Positions 57,401-64,000 of a DNA stretch of 64,000 nt are shown one piece after another. Source of the stretch: Terrimicrobiaceae bacterium (GTDB lineage Bacteria > Verrucomicrobiota > Verrucomicrobiia > Chthoniobacterales > Terrimicrobiaceae); contig JBGSVZ010000038.1 in the NCBI GenBank assembly GCA_041752695.1, forward strand, positions 1 through 64,000, read 5' to 3'. The position numbers and the translations under genes were made by a program. Every line of letters starts with the position of its first letter. Position 1 is the stretch's first letter. The notes under the pieces were generated by a model, which saw only the letters and a list, made by a program, of their open reading frames with translations, did no database searches and had not been told where the DNA came from.

Positions 57401-58360
57401 ATGCTCGAATACCTCAAGGTGATGCGGCCGGACCACTGGCTGAAGAATATTTTTATCGTCTTCGGCCACCTGGTGGCGCTGGCGCTCCTGGCCTATCCGA
57501 TTTACGGCGACCCCGTTTTGGCCGTGAATTGGCACACTCTTGTGATGGCGGTTCTCTCGTTGATCCCGGCCTGCTTCATCGCCTCGGCCAATTACATCAT
57601 CAACGAGATCCTGGACGCCCCGTTCGATCGGATGCATCCGACGAAAAAAGATCGTCCGGTGCCGTCGGGCAAGGTGAGCATTCCGATCCTCTGGGGACTG
57701 ATGGTTCTTCTTTGTGTTCTGGGTTTTGGGATGTCGTTGGCGATTTTCAATCTGGGATACACCATCGCGCTGGCGCTCCTGCTGCTCAGCGGGTTTGTTT
57801 ATAATGTTGAACCCATCCGCCTCAAGGATCGGGCTTTTCTCGACGTGATCGCGGAATCGTTCAACAACCCGATCCGGCTCTGGCTGGGGTGGTATGCGCT
57901 GGCTCCCGCGACATCCTTTCCTCCGCTTTCCATCGTGATGGCGTGGTGGTTTTTTGGCGCCCTCCTCATGGCGGGTAAACGGTACGCGGAATTCCGCTTC
58001 ATTGGCGACTCCGAGCGCAGCGGGCAGTACCGCCGCTCGTTTAAGGTCTACACGGAAAAATCCCTCATCCTCTCGATGGTCACCCATGCGAATTTCTTCT
58101 GCTTCTGCATGGGCATTGCCATCGCGGTGTATCGGCCGAATCTCGTTTTTGTCTTTCCGCTCGTTGTCATTGCCATCGGGGTCTACCTGAACCTCGCGAT
58201 GAGCGAGGCTGAAGCGCGACTCGAGCCTGAACACCTGCTGCGTAGTCCGCTGGTCATCGCCTGCACGGTGGCGGTGGTTGGCCTCTCGGGAGTGCTGGCC
58301 TGGACGAAGACGGACCTGACAAAATCGGTCCATTTTTTTGAATTGATCAGTGGAAAATAA
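57401..58360 (+). CDS. UbiA-family polyprenyl-phosphate phosphoribosyltransferase-like protein
   Basis: RPDHWLKN, YIINEILD...DRMHPTKKDRP..SG, LKD..FLDV, KRYAE. Confidence 0.85.
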   Translation: MLEYLKVMRPDHWLKNIFIVFGHLVALALLAYPIYGDPVLAVNWHTLVMAVLSLIPACFIASANYIINEILDAPFDRMHPTKKDRPVPSGKVSIPILWGLMVLLCVLGFGMSLAIFNLGYTIALALLLLSGFVYNVEPIRLKDRAFLDVIAESFNNPIRLWLGWYALAPATSFPPLSIVMAWWFFGALLMAGKRYAEFRFIGDSERSGQYRRSFKVYTEKSLILSMVTHANFFCFCMGIAIAVYRPNLVFVFPLVVIAIGVYLNLAMSEAEARLEPEHLLRSPLVIACTVAVVGLSGVLAWTKTDLTKSVHFFELISGK

Positions 58361-59285
58361 GCCCACGGTTCGAGGGCTGCAGGCCGTCATTCGCCGGATG
58401 GCGTTTTTGGTGCCAGGGCTGACGACGGTGAGGGCGGTGGGGTTTGATGAGGCGGTGCTGCGGGAAGCGTTGGCGAAGGAATGTCTCCAACTCGCGGGTC
58501 CGGGGGCGGATGCGGAGATTGTGTGGAAACCCGGGCAACGCAGCGAGTCGCTTTCGAATGCCCGCGCCGTGGCCGTGATCGCCGATTCTGTGGCCGCCCG
58601 ACCGCTGCCTCATCCTGCGTCGGAACGTCCTGCGCAAACCTACATTCCGCTTCGCGATTGGGTGGGGGGATGGTTCACGGCGGGGTCTTTTGCCGCCAAA
58701 ACTCTTGGCCCCTTGCTGGTTTCGCCGGCGGTGGGCGACCGGCCGACGCGCGTGGCCGTGGCGGGCAGCCGCGAGTGGATCTTCACACGAGATCCGGTGG
58801 CGCTCCCGACAAAGGAACGCTGGGCGGTGGTAAAAATGGCCCTCGTCTCCGGGTTCGGGTGTGGGTTTTTCCCCCTGATGCCCGCCACCCTGGCTTGTGC
58901 GGTGATGGTGCCCGTGGCGCTGGCTGTTTATCTGCTGGCGGGCTGGGCGGTGTTTTTCGCGGTTGCCGCCGCCACTTTCGGCCTCTCGACGGCGGCAAGC
59001 ATCGCTTTGGAAAAATGGGCCGGCCGCCAGTTGCTCGCGGAGGATCCCCGTGAGTTCGTGCTCGATGAGTTCGCCGGCATGGCCGTCACGTGGATGTTCC
59101 TGCCGCCTGGCGCGCCGTGGTGGGCGATTGTCATCGGGTTTTTCCTCTTTCGGGTTTTCGACATTTTCAAATGGGGCGTTGACTGGGTGGAAAAGCTGCC
59201 CATCTCCGGCAAGATTGTCTGGGACGACGTGCTGGCAGGACTTTACGCCGGAGTCGTGCTCTGGGGTATCTGCCGGTTTCTTTAG
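58350..59285 (+). CDS. Phosphatidylglycerophosphatase A-like protein with N-terminal extension
   Basis: GFGCGF.P.MPAT, DPREFVLDEFAG, FRVFDIFK, DDVLAG. Confidence 0.8.
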   Translation: MENKPTVRGLQAVIRRMAFLVPGLTTVRAVGFDEAVLREALAKECLQLAGPGADAEIVWKPGQRSESLSNARAVAVIADSVAARPLPHPASERPAQTYIPLRDWVGGWFTAGSFAAKTLGPLLVSPAVGDRPTRVAVAGSREWIFTRDPVALPTKERWAVVKMALVSGFGCGFFPLMPATLACAVMVPVALAVYLLAGWAVFFAVAAATFGLSTAASIALEKWAGRQLLAEDPREFVLDEFAGMAVTWMFLPPGAPWWAIVIGFFLFRVFDIFKWGVDWVEKLPISGKIVWDDVLAGLYAGVVLWGICRFL

Positions 59286-59388
59286 GCGGGATTCCGGCTC
59301 TTTGCTTTACAAACCGACTCTTGGTTGTTAGCCCGGATTCCTGTCCTGTTTCTTTTTAGGGGCAGGCCAATCACTACCAAAAAGAACC

Positions 59389-60348
59389 ATGATTATCGTC
59401 ACTGCCTCGTCTTCGGAGTTTTTTCATTTCCTCCAGGGGATGATCCTCTCGATTCGCGAGAAACCCGAGGTTCGCACCGTGGAATTGGGGTGTTACGATC
59501 TCGGGCTCACGGAGACCCAGCGTGCCTGGCTCGGGCATCAGGGGGTGACCCTGGCCACGCCGGATTGGGAGTTCGGTCTGGATGGCAACTCCGGCATTCC
59601 TGAGCCGTTTCGGGCGATTCTCGCGCGGCCGCTCATGCCGAAGTATTTTCCCGGTCACGACATCTACATGCACATGGACGCCGACGCGTGGGTGCAGGAC
59701 TGGGGCGCGGTCGAGTTGTATCGGAAGGGGGCGAGTTATGGAATCATGGCGGTGACGCCGGAGATCGACCGTTCGTTCATTTCCAACTACGGCACGAGCC
59801 GATCGTATCACGCGTTTATCATCAAGGTTTACACCGACCTGTGCGGGCCTGAGGCGGCGGCGAAATACCAGGAATATCCGATCCTGAACACCGGCGTGTT
59901 TGCTATCCCGGCGGGTTCCCCAATTTGGGCTCGTTGGAGCGCGCGGATCGCGGAGAGCCTTTCGCATGGGCGAAATTTTCACGTCGAACAGGCGTCGCTG
60001 AATTACGAACTTTTCGAAAATTTTGACGCCTATGTCGCCGACGGTCTGCAGTTTCTTCCCTCGCGCTGCAACTGGGTCTGCCACCAGGCGCTGCCCAAAC
60101 TCGATTCGTCCACCGGACTGCTGGTGGAGCCCTTTCTGCCGAACGCGCCGCTGGGGATCTTGCACCGGGCGAGTGATGACTTTAAGCAGAAAAAAACCGG
60201 TCGGGTCGCAACGCTCGACGGGCGGTTTGTGGAGATGAATTTGAAATATCGGGAGGGCAATTACGAAACAGACCTCGATACTCATGAGCCGGACAAGTTG
60301 AACCGCTGGCAGGACGCCGGCTTCGAGTGGACGGAGCAGAAACTCTGA
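59389..60348 (+). CDS. GT-A fold glycosyltransferase-like protein
   Basis: IVTA, DLGL, PKYFPG, MDADAW (DxD), LNTGVF, EQASLN, CNW. Confidence 0.72.
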   Translation: MIIVTASSSEFFHFLQGMILSIREKPEVRTVELGCYDLGLTETQRAWLGHQGVTLATPDWEFGLDGNSGIPEPFRAILARPLMPKYFPGHDIYMHMDADAWVQDWGAVELYRKGASYGIMAVTPEIDRSFISNYGTSRSYHAFIIKVYTDLCGPEAAAKYQEYPILNTGVFAIPAGSPIWARWSARIAESLSHGRNFHVEQASLNYELFENFDAYVADGLQFLPSRCNWVCHQALPKLDSSTGLLVEPFLPNAPLGILHRASDDFKQKKTGRVATLDGRFVEMNLKYREGNYETDLDTHEPDKLNRWQDAGFEWTEQKL

Positions 60349-60359
60349 GGCATCCGGGA

Positions 60360-61595
60360 ATGGACGTTGCCGCCACTCCCTTTTCCAGCCGTTCTGCGGC
60401 GGGTTGGATGGTTCTCTTTCCCCTGTCCCTGTTCATCTTTATTGACGCCATGGGCTTTGCCATGGTGGCGCCTATTCTTGCGGCGCACCCGGTGTCTTCC
60501 TCGCCAGCCCTTCAGGCCATTGTCTACGGCGTGGCGATGGGGATTTTTCCCCTGGCCACCTTTTTTGCCGCCCCCGTGCTTGGTTCCCTTTCCGACCGGA
60601 TCGGTCGCCGCCCCATGATGATTTTCTGCGGCCTGGGCCTTTCTTCCACCTTCGTCGTCATTGCCGTCGGCCTGCTGATGAACAGCGCGACTCTGGTCAT
60701 TCTCGGGCGGCTGGTGGGTGGATTCATGGGGGCCACCCAGGCCATCGCCCTGGCGGCCATGGCGGACGCGGGTGACCCGGCGGGCAAGGACGCCCGGATC
60801 AATATCGGCTTGCTGGCATCGTCATTGGGGTTCGTCCTCGGCCCGGTGCTAGCGGGTGCCCTGGCTGGCGGGAAAATTCTCCCGCAACTTGCCGAGGCGG
60901 AACCGTTGCTGGCCGTCTTCGTTCTCACGGTGGCGACGTTGGTCTGGATCCGGTTCACCGTGCCGGCGGGAGGAGGAACGGGAGCGGCGGCGGCTGGGCT
61001 GGATTTCGCCCGCAGCCTGCGCGACCTTATGGCGACCTTCCGGTCCCCGGTGCTCAAGCGGCTGGCCCGGATTTTTTTGCTTCAGCAGATCGCCTGGGGC
61101 GCGTTCTTTTTTTTCATCGCGCCATTTCTGATTCATCGTCTGGCGTTTGACTCCGCGCGGGCGAGTTATTACGTGGCGTTGCTCGGAGTGGGATTTTGCC
61201 TGAGTTTCGCCTTTGTCATGCCGCTATTGCGGAAGCGTTTTTCCGCACGGGTTATTGGGGTCGGGGGCATGGCGGTGACCGCGGCCTGTATTGCGGTCTC
61301 GGTGCTGGCACCGTTCGCCGCGGCGCAGTGGGCGGTGGCCATTCCCGTGGCGATTGCCACGGCGGCGGGTTATGGCGCGCTGATCATGCTTTTCACCGAT
61401 GAGGCTCGCGGCAACGAGGGCGAGATTCTTGGCGTCACCGCCTCGATCAACGCGCTGGCCTTCGGCGTCACTTCGCTGGCTGGCGGGGTGATTTCCACCG
61501 CTTCGCCGGCCGGTCCGCTGGCCGCCGCCGCGGTCCTGATGGGGGTGGCCACGATCCTGCTTTTCTGCAAACCCAAATCCAAAACCACCACATGA
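60360..61595 (+). CDS. MFS transporter (TetA/DHA1-like)
   Basis: GSLSDRIGRRP motif A, GRLVGG, GFVLGP; about 12 TM. Confidence 0.9.
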   Translation: MDVAATPFSSRSAAGWMVLFPLSLFIFIDAMGFAMVAPILAAHPVSSSPALQAIVYGVAMGIFPLATFFAAPVLGSLSDRIGRRPMMIFCGLGLSSTFVVIAVGLLMNSATLVILGRLVGGFMGATQAIALAAMADAGDPAGKDARINIGLLASSLGFVLGPVLAGALAGGKILPQLAEAEPLLAVFVLTVATLVWIRFTVPAGGGTGAAAAGLDFARSLRDLMATFRSPVLKRLARIFLLQQIAWGAFFFFIAPFLIHRLAFDSARASYYVALLGVGFCLSFAFVMPLLRKRFSARVIGVGGMAVTAACIAVSVLAPFAAAQWAVAIPVAIATAAGYGALIMLFTDEARGNEGEILGVTASINALAFGVTSLAGGVISTASPAGPLAAAAVLMGVATILLFCKPKSKTTT

Positions 61596-62410
61596 AAACC
61601 GTCCTGCTGGCCGGGGGCTTCGGCACCCGGCTCTCCGAATATACTGACGACATTCCGAAACCCATGGTCAAAGTGGGCGGACTTCCCATGCTCTGGCATA
61701 TCATGAGCATTTATTCCCACTTCGGGCACAACGACTTCCTCCTCGCCCTCGGCTACAAGGCGGAATATGTGAAGTCGTTTTTCCTGAACTACGAGACGCT
61801 CTACTCCGACTTTGTCCTGGATATGGGCAGCGGCAAAACCCGGGCCATCGAACGTCCTGCCGTGAACTGGAAGCTGGCGTTGATTGACACCGGTTTGCCG
61901 ACCATGACCGGCGGCCGAATCCGTCGCATGGCACCATGGATCGACGGTGAAACTTTCATGGCCACCTATGGCGACGGAGTTTCGGATATTGACATCGATG
62001 CCTTGATCAAATTCCACAAGAGCCATGGCAAGCTCGTCACCATGACGCTGGCCCGGCCGGCGGCCCGATTCGGCGCGGTGGATTTTGACGCGGACGGACG
62101 CGTGCGGTCCTTCAAGGAAAAACCTTTGGAGAGTGCCGGTTATGTGAACGCCGGATTTTTTGTGATGGAGCCCGAGTTCCTCGAATACATTGATTCCGAC
62201 ACCACCGTGCTGGAAAAAGAACCTCTCGAGCGCGCGGTGGCGGAGGGAGAGTTGATGGGTTTTGTCCACAATGGTTTCTGGCGGCCGATGGACACCAAAA
62301 AGGACGTGGAGGATCTGAATCGCATGTGGGTGGAGGACAAAGCGCCTTGGAAAATGTGGTCGCTGGAAAGCAGCAGTGCCCGTAAAGGAAGGGGAAGTCT
62401 CGATGTTTGA
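61592..62410 (+). CDS. rfbF: Glucose-1-phosphate cytidylyltransferase
   Basis: LAGGFGTRLSE.T..PKPM, DTG..TMTGGR, TYGDG, GFW..MDT. Confidence 0.94.
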   Translation: MKTVLLAGGFGTRLSEYTDDIPKPMVKVGGLPMLWHIMSIYSHFGHNDFLLALGYKAEYVKSFFLNYETLYSDFVLDMGSGKTRAIERPAVNWKLALIDTGLPTMTGGRIRRMAPWIDGETFMATYGDGVSDIDIDALIKFHKSHGKLVTMTLARPAARFGAVDFDADGRVRSFKEKPLESAGYVNAGFFVMEPEFLEYIDSDTTVLEKEPLERAVAEGELMGFVHNGFWRPMDTKKDVEDLNRMWVEDKAPWKMWSLESSSARKGRGSLDV

Positions 62411-63476
62411 TCAAATTTACAAGGGCAAGCGTTTGCTGATAACCGGGCACACGGGGTTTAAAGGATCCTGGCTTAGCGAATGGCTGATCGGCCTGGGTGC
62501 GGAGGTCAGCGGGTTTGCCCTGGCCCCAGCCTACGAAAACAGCCACTTCGAGTTGCTCGGGCTCAAGGACCGGATGCGGCACTTTGAGGGCGATTTGCGG
62601 GATGATGAAGCCATCGGGCGGGTGATGGATGAGGTGAAACCGGAGATCGTGTTTCACCTCGCGGCCCAGGCGCTCGTTCGCGAGGCTTACGCCAATCCCA
62701 AAGCCACCTTTGACACGAACATGGGTGGGGCGGTCAACCTGCTAGAAGCCATCCGCAAGTCGTCCAGCGTGCGCACCTTGGTCTTCATCACCTCCGACAA
62801 ATGTTACCGCAACGTGGATTGGGAGTGGGGGTATCGCGAGACGGACATCCTGGGCGGGCGTGACCCCTACAGCGCTTCCAAGGGTGGCGCAGAAATCGTC
62901 TTCGACGCCTACTGGAATTCCTTTCTCAAAGGAAAAATCCGCGCTGCATCGACGCGCGCGGGTAATGTGATCGGTGGCGGCGATTGGGCCAAGGACCGCC
63001 TCATCCCGGATTGCGTCCGCTTCCTCCGCGCCAACGAAACCATTGTGATCCGCAGTCCGGATGCCACTCGGCCGTGGCAGCATGTGCTCGAGCCTCTCGG
63101 CGGTTACCTCCTGCTCGGCTGCCGACTGGAAGGCACGGACGGCGACGCCTTTTGCACGAGTTGGAATCTTGGCCCCGGACACAGCGCCAATCGTACCGTC
63201 GAGGAAGTGGTGCGCAAGGTCATCGCCCTCTGGGGGGGCGGCGAGCTTTCCGTCCAGAAGGACCCCAACGCACCTCATGAGGACCACTGGCTGCAGCTCA
63301 ACACCGACCGGGCCAGTCATTACCTCAAATGGGAACCTGTCTGGACCTACCCGGAATCGATTGGCGAAACGGTTCGCTGGTATCGCGCCTGGCACGATGG
63401 AGCAGATATGGCCAGTGTGACGCGGGAACAGATCGCTGCCTACCAGAAGGCCTGGCAGGACCTCGGGCGGCCATGA
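62403..63476 (+). CDS. rfbG: CDP-glucose 4,6-dehydratase
   Basis: TGHTGFKGSWL, HLAAQ, TSDKCY, DPYSASK, RAGNVIGGGDW, RPWQHVLE. Confidence 0.95.
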   Translation: MFDQIYKGKRLLITGHTGFKGSWLSEWLIGLGAEVSGFALAPAYENSHFELLGLKDRMRHFEGDLRDDEAIGRVMDEVKPEIVFHLAAQALVREAYANPKATFDTNMGGAVNLLEAIRKSSSVRTLVFITSDKCYRNVDWEWGYRETDILGGRDPYSASKGGAEIVFDAYWNSFLKGKIRAASTRAGNVIGGGDWAKDRLIPDCVRFLRANETIVIRSPDATRPWQHVLEPLGGYLLLGCRLEGTDGDAFCTSWNLGPGHSANRTVEEVVRKVIALWGGGELSVQKDPNAPHEDHWLQLNTDRASHYLKWEPVWTYPESIGETVRWYRAWHDGADMASVTREQIAAYQKAWQDLGRP

Positions 63477-63901
63477 TCGACGGGGTCACGCTGCGGCCAC
63501 TGCGGCAGTTTCCCGACGACCGCGGCGCGGTCCTGCACATGCTGCGGTCGAGCGACGCGCACTTTGAAAAATTCGGGGAGGTGTATTTTTCCACGGTCCG
63601 CCGAGGAGCGATCAAAGCCTGGCATCGCCACACCCGCAAGACCGTCAACCTCGTCGTCCCCATCGGGATGCTCCGTTTTGTTCTGTGGTCGGAAGGTGGA
63701 GAGGCTCGGGAGTTGCTTCTGGGCCGCGAAAACTACCAGCTTCTGACCATTCGACCGGGCATCTGGTACGGCTTCCAAGGCCTCGCCGAGGGCGAGTCTC
63801 TCGTCGCCAACTGCGCCACGGAACCCTTCGATCCCGACGAGGGCGAAAACCTGCCCGTCGAGACGGACCGGATTCCTTTTGTGTGGCCGGCCGTACCCTG
63901 A
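63473..63901 (+). CDS. NDP-4-keto-6-deoxyhexose 3,5-epimerase family (RmlC-like)
   Basis: MIDGV, DDRG, FGEVYFS, KAWH.H, PGIWYGF. Confidence 0.88.
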   Translation: MIDGVTLRPLRQFPDDRGAVLHMLRSSDAHFEKFGEVYFSTVRRGAIKAWHRHTRKTVNLVVPIGMLRFVLWSEGGEARELLLGRENYQLLTIRPGIWYGFQGLAEGESLVANCATEPFDPDEGENLPVETDRIPFVWPAVP

Positions 63902-63915
63902 TCGTACCATGACGG

Positions 63916-64000
63916 TCAGGCTTGGGCAACCAGGGGGACGAGGAAATTCCGATACATTTCGGAAATCCGCTCGGGGTATTCCTGAAAAAGCGCGTGCCCG
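63916..64000 (-). CDS. C-terminus of a probable alpha/beta hydrolase (truncated by window edge)
   Basis: Not in ORF track. Manual translation GHALFQEYPERISEMYRNFLVPLVAQA* fits the GH....E.P........FL terminal pattern. Confidence 0.55.
   Translation of the reverse strand, partial: GHALFQEYPERISEMYRNFLVPLVAQA

Overview
Gene-dense bacterial chromosome segment; gene content (PEP-CTERM protein, RNase HIII, Bat operon, Kelch-SSS fusion, pilin-like protein with an H-x-G motif) suggests PVC superphylum, most likely Verrucomicrobiota (inference). It contains: rnhC(partial)/mutY-trpB-nif3; two inverted copies of a dps + small four-cysteine protein divergon; a CE15-like esterase and a heparinase II/III-like gene; a SAM-I riboswitch leading a threonine-synthase-like gene and a sulfur carrier (probable homocysteine/methionine route); two hybrid histidine kinases; tRNA-Lys(CTT) followed by terC and a lipoprotein chorismate mutase; a stress/storage block (glk, zwf, glgP, two transglutaminase-like genes, treY, GlsB/YeaQ/YmgE, cupin); uvrA; a Zn/Mn ABC operon with a Zur-like box; a MoxR/Bat operon; birA; a Kelch-SSS transporter; a UbiA + extended PgpA pair; and a closed GT-MFS-rfbF-rfbG-epimerase operon. 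No integrase, transposase, prophage or CRISPR array was seen. The best candidate for an undescribed system is the duplicated dps + Cys4 microprotein module with conserved promoter geometry. All family assignments come from motif recognition by eye, not from database searches.
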